The notes under the pieces are model-generated. The model searched no databases. It saw nothing but the letters and a program-made list of their open reading frames with translations, and was not told where the DNA came from. A program made the translations under genes and the position numbers. Positions 22,479 to 34,339 of a DNA stretch of 64,000 bases are shown one piece after another. The stretch is taken from assembly GCA_040285825.1 (NCBI GenBank), contig JAUPSS010000006.1, positions 1,116,001-1,180,000 of the forward strand, written 5' to 3'. Numbering within the stretch: the first letter of the stretch is position 1; the number at the start of each line of letters is the position of its first letter. This DNA comes from Eukaryota sp. TZLM1-RC. Taxonomy: Eukaryota; Protista; Metamonada: BaSk clade.

Positions 22479-24323
22479 TCAAACATCATCTTTAAAACTT
22501 TCAGTATTAAAAAAATCATTAAATTTAAGTCTAGTATAAAGTTCATTAGCAGTCTCAGAGCTTTCCCTCGAGACCTGGTGAATGGTCATAAACTCCATCA
22601 AAGTTAGAAACGCCTTTACCTTTTTACGAAAATTATCTCTAAATTCAACCAATTCAGCGGTTTCCCATGGTTGATCATCTGATTTGATTGATTGAACCAA
22701 ATTGATTGAATCCAACAGAAGGTCAACTACCAACTTCAGCACCCTTTCACTTTTCTCCACCAAGAACAATCTCAAACCCATTGAATTAACTGCAGAGTCC
22801 AAAGGAGAGGAATCTAGGTTCCCGGCAAAACCAAAATCAATTGAATCAATTTCATCATAGAATTGAGGAAGCACGGTGCTGGAAAGAAAACAGTGAAACG
22901 TCGACGTAAATGATTTAACTTCCCGTGTGATAGACCAAAATAGACGATTATTGAGTTGATGAGGTGAGAAATTCGATTGCCACAAACCAGAAACCAAATC
23001 ATTGGCATGACAAACAGCAAATATAAACAACTGTAATCTCGAAAGTAATCGTACCGATTGGTTGGATAACCACAAACTTAAAGGAAACTCCACTTTATCT
23101 TGACCAAAAAGACCCCCATTGAAAGGGTCAAATTCAATCAAAGTAAATGACTGGTCAGGAAAGTTCTTGACTAATTCAGTATTGAGTAAGTGTTTGAGAT
23201 GCACCATATCACGTAATGGGTCATAATGAAATTGAGAATTCGGAAGACCTAACGTCATGACAGTTGGAATCAAATGATTGATTGATTCATAGAGGCAACC
23301 CACTCGAAAAGACTTCCAAACGAAGAAATCAATCAATTTTGATAGATGATTTCGAACATTCAAGTTTTTGACGACGACTGACGTAAGAAATGATAGACAT
23401 TCATCATTGAAAAAACGAAAAACTTCCAGAATGGCTATTTCAATGGAAACTAGGTCAATACATGGATCAAAATCAATCAAATTCATGGTATTTTTGACCG
23501 ATTTAGGACTGTAAAACAATATATCAGAGTCACTTAACTGAATAGGAAAATTAACTCTGTGATTACTCAAATCAATTCCCAAGTCTTGCAAACGTGACAT
23601 CACGTTATCCTCCAATGAATTTGATTGATTATTTGATTGAATTTCTGGCAAAACACCAGACTTCTGGAAGACCAAACAACAAGAGATGATTCCCTTTACA
23701 CACCTGAATAACTTTGAGAGGAATCCTGGAGGAAATTGACCGGAAACTAGACAATCAAACCGACAACCAGTGACGTCATTGATAACAAGACCAAAACTGA
23801 CTAGGTCATTAATCACTGATTGATTAATTGAACCAATCAAACATTGATCTAGCAGCACACACAATGATTTGAGTTTTAGGTAGAATTTTTTAAACAAAAG
23901 ATTAATTAAATGCAAATTTTGGTTACTAAACATGGATAATGGTAGGATAGTCTTGGTCAGGTGACCTGACAAAAGTTTCCAGAGTGAATCAAGGGTTAAG
24001 TCACTAGGGTATTTCTTAATAGTACATGCTGCAGAATGAACATTGCGAACAAAGGTAAGGAAAGTGCCTAGAGAAGAAAATTGTTGAGGAGATGTGATCG
24101 TTGGTATTAAGGTAAAGAAAGGAGAAGGTTTGAGAGAGAGGAGGAGATGACGAAGAGCAATGACGGACTTTGCATGGGGTTTGTAGGTTGGGTTGTGGAG
24201 GCAACGAATCTCAATGTAATCTGACACATGAAGAGGGGTTGTCGAGGAGTAAAGGTAGACACAAGATATGTCTATGAAATCAGTGGAAGTGATTGAGAGG
24301 GAACGACTTAGGTGTTGAGCCAT
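22479..24323 (-). CDS. Divergent gamma-tubulin complex component (GCP/Spc97-Spc98 family)
   Basis: 614-aa ORF; GRIP2-like FPLSLWL...LQLFIF...LW...REVKSF...FL...VL and C-terminal LYTRLKFNDFF. Confidence 0.6.
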   Translation of the reverse strand: MAQHLSRSLSITSTDFIDISCVYLYSSTTPLHVSDYIEIRCLHNPTYKPHAKSVIALRHLLLSLKPSPFFTLIPTITSPQQFSSLGTFLTFVRNVHSAACTIKKYPSDLTLDSLWKLLSGHLTKTILPLSMFSNQNLHLINLLFKKFYLKLKSLCVLLDQCLIGSINQSVINDLVSFGLVINDVTGCRFDCLVSGQFPPGFLSKLFRCVKGIISCCLVFQKSGVLPEIQSNNQSNSLEDNVMSRLQDLGIDLSNHRVNFPIQLSDSDILFYSPKSVKNTMNLIDFDPCIDLVSIEIAILEVFRFFNDECLSFLTSVVVKNLNVRNHLSKLIDFFVWKSFRVGCLYESINHLIPTVMTLGLPNSQFHYDPLRDMVHLKHLLNTELVKNFPDQSFTLIEFDPFNGGLFGQDKVEFPLSLWLSNQSVRLLSRLQLFIFAVCHANDLVSGLWQSNFSPHQLNNRLFWSITREVKSFTSTFHCFLSSTVLPQFYDEIDSIDFGFAGNLDSSPLDSAVNSMGLRLFLVEKSERVLKLVVDLLLDSINLVQSIKSDDQPWETAELVEFRDNFRKKVKAFLTLMEFMTIHQVSRESSETANELYTRLKFNDFFNTESFKDDV

Positions 24324-24529
24324 GTGGAAGAGTAGAGAACAGTGGTGTCGTCCCAGTAAACATGTAATTCATTCATTAGATTTGACTTTTAAATGGGAAT
24401 TCACACTACTCCACACCATTATATCCTCAATCAATTCCAATATTTCCAGAATTTTTGGAAAAAATCCAGGAATGATGGAACATTGGAATTTGCTCAAGAT
24501 GATATGATATTAGTATTTGAATCGGTTTC

Positions 24530-27500
24530 TCAATCGAATTAGAGAAGCTTTAGCTAGGCATTAAGATTTTGTGGAGGAAAAATTTGAAAAGAAAAAGATT
24601 TTATTGTTTGAATCAGCACGCTTAAGCAAGAAAATGCTGATTTTGCTATTTTTTTTTGATTGATTTGAAAGAAAGTTCATCTGCAGCTTTGTTGAATCAA
24701 ATTCCCCAAATTTATGGCCTATTTTTAAATGACGACCAATTTACAACTGCAATGAGAATGCGTTGTTATTTATGGCCTTGTAATTTGCCCAATGATTTGT
24801 TGTGCAAATGTGAAGCTGGTTTGACATTATCACATTTTCAATCGCAATAGATTTATTTCTTATCGTTCTACTTTGCATGAAGCAGTCAGAGATCAAATCC
24901 ATGCAATTTGTAATTCCTATCATATTGAATCTTTTGTAGAACCATTGTTAGGGTCTCTTGATATAAATGAAAACGTAAGAGACTCAGAGTATGCAAAACG
25001 ACGTGCTGATGTTGCTGTGCCATCATTTGATGATTATCTTGAATGTTGTTGATGACGTAACAGTGGATGTTTGCAAGAAAAATGCCTTGAAAAATGCTCA
25101 ATCTGAAGTATCCCCCCTTGATGACTCCGAATTGTACAAACGGAAAAAATATGCAAATCCTTTAAAAGAATTGAAAGATGTTCGCCATGTAGATTACCAA
25201 ATTTGCCCATTTGCTATATCGTTGTATGGTCGTCTTGGAAAAACTGCTATGAATTTTATTGATGATTTTGAAAATCTTGTGAAAAGAAGAATGAATAAGC
25301 GTTTTGATCGTCGCTTGTGGCTAAATCGTATTGTTTTTACTATTTTCAAATCAATTCCTAAAATGATTTCGAAAGCTTTGATGTCTGTCAGTGCACATTA
25401 CGAAGAAATTGCTGTTGTGAGGTTTGATGGTGTGGAAGCTTGTTTTGAAGATATTGACTTTTAGACTGTAGTTGAACAATAAATTAAATTAAAATAAAAA
25501 AAAGTAAAGAGAAGAACTGGCAGAAATTTCAACAGATTGTTTTGGCAAAATAGAATTGTGTTTTCTATTTTTAAGGGGATGTTGAAGATGGTTTCTGATG
25601 CTTTGCTTTCTCTTGGATCTCACTATGAGAGAGTTGCATCTAGTGTTTTTGTTCTGGGAGAGATGAATTTTTTAGATGTTGATTTATATGTTTTGAATAA
25701 AATTAAAATTTTGGTAAAAAAAAGGTTTGACAGTATCACATTTATTAAATTGTAATAGATTTATTTCCTATCGTTTTACGTTGCATGATGCAGTCAGAGA
25801 TCAAATCCATGGAATGTGTAATTCCTATCATATTGAATTTATTGTAGAACCTTTGTTGAGGTCTCTTGATATAAATGAAAGCGTAAGAGATTCAGAAAAT
25901 GGAAAACGACGTGCTGATGTTGTTGTGCCCTCGTTTGATGATGTCATGAATGTTGTTGATGTCGTAACAGTGGATGTTTGCAAGAAAAATGCCTTGAAAA
26001 ATGCTCAATCCGAAGTATCCCCCCTTGATGACTCCGAATTGTACAAACGAAAAAAATATGCAAATCCTTTAAAAGAATTGTTAGTTTATTGAATTTGCAC
26101 ACTTGATTAAATTAAATCATAACTAATGGGACGACTATCATTAAACCAAGATTTCCTCTACAAAATCTTGATTTGCTTGCAAGAATTAAAAGAATTGAAA
26201 CATGTTCGCCATGTAGATTACCAAATTTGCCCATTTGCTATATCGTTGTATGGTCGTCTTGGAAAAACTGCTATGAATTTTATTGATGATTTTGAAAATC
26301 TTGTGAAAAGAAGAATGAATAAGCGTTTTGATCGTCGCTTGTGGCTAAATCGTATTGTTTTTACTATTTTCAAATCAATTCCTAAAATGATTTCGAAAGC
26401 TTTGATGTCTGTCAGTGCACATTACGAAGAAATTGCTGTTGTGAGGTTTGATGGTGTGGAAGCTTGTTTTGAAGATATTGACTTTTAGACTGTAGTTTAA
26501 TAATAAATTAAAATTTTTCATTAACAAAATACAATGAACCTTTGTCCAAATTGGCCAGTCTACAGCATGCAAAATACAATTTGTATCCATTTGTACTTTC
26601 CCTTTTTGGTTCACTTGCACCAACTGCTTTAGGTTTTTGGATGATTTTGAAATGATTGTAAAAAGGTGTTGGATTCAATTCATCAAAATATTTGACCAAA
26701 GCTGCATTTATTGGTGGTGGAAAAAATTTTGTATTTGAATTCTCTAGAAGATATCCTTTTGCCGAAAATCTTCTTGGAACTACAAATAGCTTATTCCTCG
26801 ATAACTTAAGAGAAGAAATATCCAGTTTATCTCCCGACTTATGGCAATCATGTTTCCCCATATCCATTCAAGAAATTCCAGACAGAAGTTTGTATTCATT
26901 AAAATTTGCGTTGAAAAAACTCCAACGACATCTTTTGAGAAAATTTGAAAGCAAGGATTTTATTGTTCGACTTAGCACGGCTAAGAAAGAAAATCCTGCT
27001 TTTGCAAATTTTTTGATTGATTTGAAGGACAGTTCATCTGCAGTTTTGATAAATCAAATTCCCCAGATTTATGGCCTATTTTTGAATGACGACCAATGGA
27101 CCACTGCTATGAGAATGCGTTGTTATTTATGGCCTTGTAATTTGCCCAATGATTTGTTTTGCAAATGTGGAGCTGGTTTGACATTATCACATTTATTTAA
27201 TTGTAATAGATTTATTTCCTATCGTTCTACGTTGCATGATGCAGTCAGAGATCAAATCCATGCAATGTGTAATTCCTATCATATTGAATCTTTTGTAGAA
27301 CCATTGTTAGGGTCTCTTGATATAAATGAAAACGTAAGAGACTCAGAGTATGCAAAACGACGTGCTGATGTTGCTGTGCCATCATTTGATGATTATCTTG
27401 AATGTTGTTGATGACGTAACAGTGGATGTTTGCAAGAAAAATGCCTTGAAAAATGCTCAATCTGAAGTATCCCCCCTTGATGACTCCGAATTGTACAAAC

Positions 27501-29400
27501 GGAAAAAATATGCAAATCCTTTAAAAGAATTGAAAGATGTTCGCCATGTAGATTACCAAATTTGCCCATTTGCTATATCGTTGTATGGTCGTCTTGGAAA
27601 AACTGCTATGAATTTTATTGATGATTTTGAAAATCTTGTGAAAAGAAGAATGAATAAGCGTTTTGATCGTCGCTTGTGGCTAAATCGTATTGTTTTTACT
27701 ATTTTCAAATCAATTCCTAAAATGATTTCGAAAGCTTTGATGTCTGTCAGTGCACATTACGAAGAAATTGCTGTTGTGAGGTTTGATGGTGTGGAAGCTT
27801 GTTTTGAAGATATTGACTTTTAGACTGTAGTTTAACAATAAATTAAAATTTTTCATTAACAAAATACAATTTGTATCCATTTGTACTTTCCCTTTTTGGT
27901 TCACTTGCACCAACTGCTTTATGTTTTTTGGATGATTTTGAAATGATTGTAAAAAGGTGTTGGATTTAATTCATCAAAATATTTGACCAAAGGTGCATTT
28001 ATTGGTGGTGGAAAAAATTTTGTATTTGAATTCTCTAGAAGATATCCTTTTGCCGAAAATCTTCTTGAAACTACAAATAGCTTATTCCTCGATAACTTAA
28101 GAGAAGAAATATCCAGTTTATCTCCCGACTTATGGCAATCATGTTTCCCCATATACATTCAAGAAATTCCAGACAGAAGTTTGTATTCTCTAAAATTTGC
28201 GTTGAAAAAGCTCCAACGACATCTTTTGAAAAAATTTGAAAGCAAGGATTTTATTGTTCGACTTAGCACGGCTAAGAAAGAAAATCCTGTTTTTGCAAAT
28301 TTTTTGATTGATTTGAAGGACAGTTCATCTGTAGTTTTGATAAATCAAATTCCCCAGATTTATGGCCTATTTTTGAATGACGACCAATGGACCACTGCTA
28401 TGAGAATGCGTTGTTATTTATGGCCTTTTAATTTGCCCAATGATTTGTTTTGCAAATGTGGAGCTGGTTTGACATTTTTTTTGGTTTGACATTTTGAAAA
28501 CAAGGATTTTATTGTTCGACTTAGCACGGCTAAGAAAGAAAATCCTGTTTTTGCAAATTTTTTGATTGATTTGAAGGACAGTTCATCTGCAGTTTTGATA
28601 AATCAAATTCCCCAGATTTTTGGCCTATTTTTGAATGACGACCAATGGACCACTGCTATGAGAATGCGTTGTTATTTATGGCCTTGTAATTTGCCCAATG
28701 ATTTGTTTTGCAAATGTGGAGCTGGTTTGACATTATCACATTTATTTAATTGTAATAGATTTATTTCCTATCGTTTTACGTTGCATGATGCAGTTAGAGA
28801 TCAAATCCATGCAATGTGTAATTCCTATCATATTGAATCTTTTGTAAAACCTTTGCTGAGGTCTCTTGATATAAATGAAAGCGTAAGAGATTCAGAATAT
28901 GGAAAACGATGTGCTGATGTTGTTGTTCCCTCGTATGATGATGTCATGAATGTTGTTGATGTTGTAACAGTGGATGTTTGCAAGAAAAATGCCTTGAAAA
29001 ATGCTCAATTTGAAGTATCCCCCCTTGATGACTCCGAATTCTACAAACGAAAAGATATGCAAATCCTTTAAAAGAATTGAAACATGTTCGCCATGTAGAT
29101 TACCAAATTTGCCCATTTGCTATATCGTTGTATAGTCGTCTTGGAAATACTGCTGTGAATTATATTGATGATTTTGAAAACCTTGTGAAAAGAAGAATGA
29201 ATAAGCGTTTTGATCGTCGCTTGTGGCTAAATCGTATTGTTTTTACTATTTTCAAATCAATTCCTAAAATGATTTCGAAAGCTTTGATGTCTGTCAGTGC
29301 ACATTACGAAGAAATTGCTGTTGTGAGGTTTGATGGTGTGGAAGCTTGTTTTGAAGATATTGATTTTTAGACTATATTTTTTAGAATCAATTAAGAATGT
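24530..29400 (+). mobile_element. Second CRE array: tandem B-family 3' portions with A and C fragments
   Basis: Four EACFEDIDF* ends (25464, 26488, 27823, 29370) and the same chimeric junctions as the first array. Confidence 0.92.
26081..26185 (-). mobile_element. CRE family C ~105-bp 3'-end insertion in B with 12-bp TSD ttaaaagaattg
   Basis: TSD at 26069-26080 and 26186-26197; insert matches C ends at 62035-62130 and 37605-37700. Confidence 0.88.
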
Positions 29401-29753
29401 GAAAAACAAAATGAATTATTATTATATTTATAAGACTTAATTTAAGGACAATTTGTAAAAAATCCCAATAACATAGATGTCAACTATGAACACTAATACA
29501 AATGTTTGCTGTAACTGTTCGTATTTGTGTTATATTCATTATGACGTGTTGCTAGCTTAATTAAAATTCCATATGTTCCCCTGAATATTCTTGTTACATT
29601 GATCGATCAATATCTGTTTCGTTTCTGTAGTGATGCTCTTGAACACTTACCACAACACAATAATAGGTTATCCAGAAAAATTGCTGCAATGACACAAAAT
29701 TGTGTTTGAGAATTTCCCAATCTCAACCACCACCTATTTCACTCCCTAAACCA

Positions 29754-31310
29754 ATGGCTTCGCTTTCCAAGTCAAGAAGACTGGCGAAGCATCTCAAAGC
29801 CCTTGGTTATAAAGGTGTTCTTCTTCCTCATACTTTTTCCTGGGTATTCGATGACCCTGAAACATCTTCAGAATTCAACAATCTTCTTGATCAACTTGAT
29901 AATCCCACACATGAACATTGCTTCCTCACTGCTGAACAACTAAAACACTTTGACCATCTTTCTACTCAGAACCTAGTGAAGGAGGGTGAGGACCTCGCCA
30001 GCACCATGAAGAAGTTTGAGCAAACACATGTGGACCGTGCTGATCCATATGCGTTGAAAGTGAGTAGAGAAAACAACAAAATTGCCAAACAAGAAATAGA
30101 TAAACTGTCACGTTTGCGATCGCGTTTACATTCACGTTTACACAGTCAAATTCATGAATCCAAATCAATCAATTTTGAACCATTGTCAAGGGAATTCTGT
30201 GAAGTTTTTGAACGTTTAGAATCTTTATCATTGGCTTTAACTAATAATATGGACGACATTTATTCAAATTTTTCTTCATTTGAATTAAAAAAGAAAATTA
30301 ATGATTTCATTTCGAAAAACCATCAAATTACCACTCTAATTAAGGAATTTATATCGTCAAAATTTTCAGATCCCAACCCTAACCCTAACCCTGATGCTGA
30401 TGCTGATGAGTTACTGACAGATCCAACCAATCCTTTTGTATCAAGAGCACAAGACCTCAAAAGAGCTTCTTACATCAGTAAGAATACTTTAAGTTCTAGA
30501 ATTGATGCAGAACTTGCCTTGGTTGCTGTACAAGGGTTTCATGACGTCATCCAATCAAATGCTGACGTGGCTTTCACGACTTTTCTTGACCAAAATATTT
30601 TAGAAGGTCTTACGGGTTCTGAAGAATATCAGAGACTCACACGTCATCTTTTTGAGCTATCTGATGAGGTTTCTGCTCTCAGATGCCAGCCGTTTTTGAC
30701 TGGTGATTACCAATCAAAGCTAATCAGACAAGGTCAAAAATTAAAAGTTTATGAGTTGTTAATGGAATTTTTGAAACGTCAGAATGAAATTTTATTGAGT
30801 GGAATTGAGTTGCTAACCAATTCGATCAAAGAATTAGATGATTTTGTTGAACAATATTCAGTTTTTTGCAAAGATTTTGAAGAGTTTTCGAACAATTTTC
30901 AGGAATTGATTGATTTTTTGACTGATCTCGACAATTCTGATCTAAAGAACGGCTCAATTTCCCCATTTGTCGAGCAATACTCAAAATTTCAGGATATAAT
31001 TCAAAACCAATCAGAAGTTGCGTCAAAAATAGAAATTCAGTGCAATTATTTTGCCCAGACAATAAATCAACTTGGAAATGATCTCTTTGACGAATCTGGT
31101 GAGCTCTACTTACAATCAAAATCAGTTCGAAATTATTTCGCTCAGTTAACTAAAACTCAATTGGACCTGGAAAATTCACTCAAATCTGTGGTTATCTCAA
31201 GGGAAAAGGCCAAATCAGCTATTCAATCAAATTCTGACTTGGAAAGGCTTCGGAATCTTTGGAAGTATTTTCATTCCAATCAATTTGATAAGTTGCCACG
31301 ATTAGATTGA
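29754..31310 (+). CDS. HAUS3: HAUS augmin-like complex subunit 3
   Basis: N-terminal LKALGY...FSWVFD...LT.EQL..F..L....V.EG.DL signature followed by coiled coils; first ATG at 29754. Confidence 0.75.
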   Translation: MASLSKSRRLAKHLKALGYKGVLLPHTFSWVFDDPETSSEFNNLLDQLDNPTHEHCFLTAEQLKHFDHLSTQNLVKEGEDLASTMKKFEQTHVDRADPYALKVSRENNKIAKQEIDKLSRLRSRLHSRLHSQIHESKSINFEPLSREFCEVFERLESLSLALTNNMDDIYSNFSSFELKKKINDFISKNHQITTLIKEFISSKFSDPNPNPNPDADADELLTDPTNPFVSRAQDLKRASYISKNTLSSRIDAELALVAVQGFHDVIQSNADVAFTTFLDQNILEGLTGSEEYQRLTRHLFELSDEVSALRCQPFLTGDYQSKLIRQGQKLKVYELLMEFLKRQNEILLSGIELLTNSIKELDDFVEQYSVFCKDFEEFSNNFQELIDFLTDLDNSDLKNGSISPFVEQYSKFQDIIQNQSEVASKIEIQCNYFAQTINQLGNDLFDESGELYLQSKSVRNYFAQLTKTQLDLENSLKSVVISREKAKSAIQSNSDLERLRNLWKYFHSNQFDKLPRLD

Positions 31311-31616
31311 TTGATTTATGCTGACAAGTTTTTTGCACCTCTTTTCGTCATTTGTATATTCGGTCATTATTCTCTTTTGTTATTGAATATGGTTTGTTTT
31401 TGGTTAGGTGAACCCAAAATTGAAATAAACTTAATTTAATTATTTGTTTTCATTCAATACCCATATATCTGCTGCTCGTATGCAACTTGTTTCTTCTCTC
31501 TCATACTCAATTTTCATCTGGGGATGATGTTGCTAAAATGCTCATGATTGGATTACTGGATAGTATTTCGTTTTAAATGAACCAAGATTTTGACTAACAC
31601 AACTCCATTCTAAATT

Positions 31617-33487
31617 ATGAATAGATCGGCCGACCCAAAGTGGATTCTCAGATTATCTAATTCTTACTTCGACCACCCCATGTCTGATCAAATCGACAGT
31701 CTCATATCTTCATACACTTTCAGCTGCTCCAGTGGGTTTGCAAAAGAGTGTCTGCCTTATTTTGGCGTTGATGATTTTGTGTCCGATATTTTTTTTACAA
31801 AATTTTAATTTTATTCAAAACCCATATGTGTCCGATATGAACAAGTTTTTTGATGTCTCTGGTGCTGAGTTCTTTGAGTCCGTTTCCAAGAAAGATGAAA
31901 CTAACTGTGCTCTTGTCAACTTTCTGGATGGTCTTCTCGACGATTTGGGTTTCCAAGGACATCTCTATATTCATTCTGGGGATATTACGATGAAGCATAA
32001 GGTGCATCCACTGACTGTTGGTACTTACATTGATCATATGCTCATTCTCCGGTGCCAGGGCAGCTTCTACCTTTTACTACCTATTGTGCAAACAGGGTCA
32101 GTACCAAGGACCAATGTATATGCTGGGCACAGAGGTATGAGACAAATTGCTATCGAATGTGTTAATACCATTGTGGCCAATGCAATAATGTTGGGTCTTC
32201 CAATTGACAAACCAATGTATGGGTTAGTGTTTTACTATGAAGATACCATCAGTGACTCATATGTGGAAGTGATTCGTATTCAAAAGAACTTGCTTGATAG
32301 AACCCTATTTGATATATGGAAATCACCTCAACTATTGTGGAATTGTTCTGCCCCAAACCCAACCCATGGTTTTCCTGCTACAGAAATGACCTACCAATGG
32401 ATGTCTTGTCTGTGGGTGCTGTGAAGGAACGTGGTCAAGCTATTGAAATTGCTCTTCAAAAACAAGACGTAAAAGATTACCCGTTGACTCTTTCATATTT
32501 TGCGGTTTTCAAGGGGTATGATTTTCTACCAATATCTGTCCCGGGAGATTTGAATGAATGGGTTGTCGTCAATGCTACACCAAAGAAAGCTACCGTTGTT
32601 AAACTAGATGAAAGCAACAACCCTTTGCAGTTTGGTTGTTTTTACTTAGATTTTCCCTCTGCATTTTGTGGACAACGTGCCTTAATTCCACATCCACGAG
32701 GAAAAGGTCCCCAATGGCAGTTGGAAAATCATGGTCTGTTTGCAGTATCCAATCCTGGAGGAAGCAATATATTGCACTTTGATTCAACTCCAGGCAGTAG
32801 TGTCATAAAATTTGATCAGTTTGTCCTGTTGGCTCTTGAGGAGATTCTCAATGTGCAACAATATGATCCAAATGACCCTGGTTTGGTGAAAATGATTCAC
32901 GGTGATCCTAATGTTTTAATGAAGTTGGTGGATTTCAATCACTGTGCTTGATAGACTTTGAGTTTTCAAGCACAAAGCGCAGGTCTAATACTCCAGTGTT
33001 TGCTACCAATCCCAGGGCTGATCACCCTTAAGTTCCTCCACCATTGCGACACCAGAGGGGCATATTACCTGTACATTCCCTGCCTTCAGATGATTTTTAT
33101 ATGTTCCTTTTTTCCCTTCTCGCTGAATTAGTAGTGCCACTTGAACTTCAAATCTTCACTAGGAAAAGTTTTGGTTATGATGATTTCTTACCGGTAATTA
33201 CCGCCTTGTCAGAACGCCTTCCTGATCATCAACAAGATCTGTTTGTGGATCTCCTAACTCCAATTGTTCCTACCCCTCCTTCTGATCATGAGGCTTGCAG
33301 ATATAGATGTAAGGATTTAAGTGTTTTAATAGACTATGAAGAAACATACTATAAAAGAATCCGAGATCATTGTGAAACAATTCAATCTGGGGATTTTGCT
33401 AAGTTGGAGTTTTATGGACATCCATCAAGAGTTTTCGTTCTCAAAAGAGACATGGGTTCTCGAACTGTAGTAAAATCTATTACTTAG
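31617..33487 (+). pseudogene. Disrupted gene with a REase-fold-like domain and a degenerate kinase-like domain
   Basis: Four consecutive ORF pieces; D...IVQTG...Q...E.....N...YGLV pattern; later IHGD.NVL.KLVDF and DDFY. Confidence 0.45.
31790..31826 (-). mobile_element. 37-bp A-family tail-only insertion with 12-bp TSD tgtgtccgatat
   Basis: Reverse complement tatgggttttgaataaaattaaaattttgtaaaaaaa matches the A 3'UTR at 15021-15058; TSD at 31778-31789 and 31827-31838. Confidence 0.9.
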
Positions 33488-34339
33488 ACTTGGTACCAAC
33501 AATTAATTCCACATTTTCCCAACTACATCAAGTTATGTGACTATTTCAATTAGGATATTCAATTTTGAGCACAAACATAATATCTTTAACTCACATTGGA
33601 CTTTTTATTTAACCTAGACTAAAAATTATTTAATAATAAAAAACTGATGTTAGTAATTCAGTGAATGATCTAGCACAATTTTCCAAGCGAGAAACCATTA
33701 AGAATAAAATGATTGTTCGTTTGATCGAATAATTCGTCTTTTGTGTTTTGTTCGTTTTGGTTTAGTGTATCTGGAAATGTTTTCAACAATCAAATAACAT
33801 ACACATTAAATTATTGAGCATAGTTGTTGATATATGAATTAATAATCAACCTTCCACATCATGGAGATGTAGTGTATTGGAACTCTCTAACTTGTTTAAT
33901 AGAGTGTTAGCCACTAAGAACACTTAAAATATAAAGATTGATTTCTGTCCTGGGCAATATTAATATCGTACATAAATCAATATTTAATTCTTAATCAAAA
34001 AACGAAAATCGTGAATTTACATCTAAAGCTCTTCGGCTTCGAACCCTTATCCAACATTGCAAAAGTGGATTCCTAAGATTCAGCAAAACGGCCAACAGAA
34101 GAGAACGGATCAGAAAATAATTTTAACAATATTTTAAATCGAATCGATTCTATCATTACGATTCCATATTGCCAATCCGTTCGAATCCGTTAGGACCTCT
34201 TTTGTTTTGTTTGGCCATTCTGATGGTCTATGGCTAGGGATATGTGAAATAGCTGTGTAAATGTAAAGAGACTTATTACGGAGAGGAATTGTATTCTCTC
34301 TTCTGGTACTAATAGGCGCAAACTAATAAACTATAATAC

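Noticed and set aside
1-29400. CRISPR-like, DGR or retron system (repeats plus RT)
   Set aside because: Repeats are poly(A)-tailed coding fragments with TSDs, the RT is CRE-type with an RLE, the context is eukaryotic, and there is no repeat-spacer periodicity or adenine-specific variation
30372-30410. (CCCTAA)-like telomeric repeat
   Set aside because: Only about three units, in frame in HAUS3 (PNPNPNP) next to a DADAD microsatellite; a coding low-complexity linker
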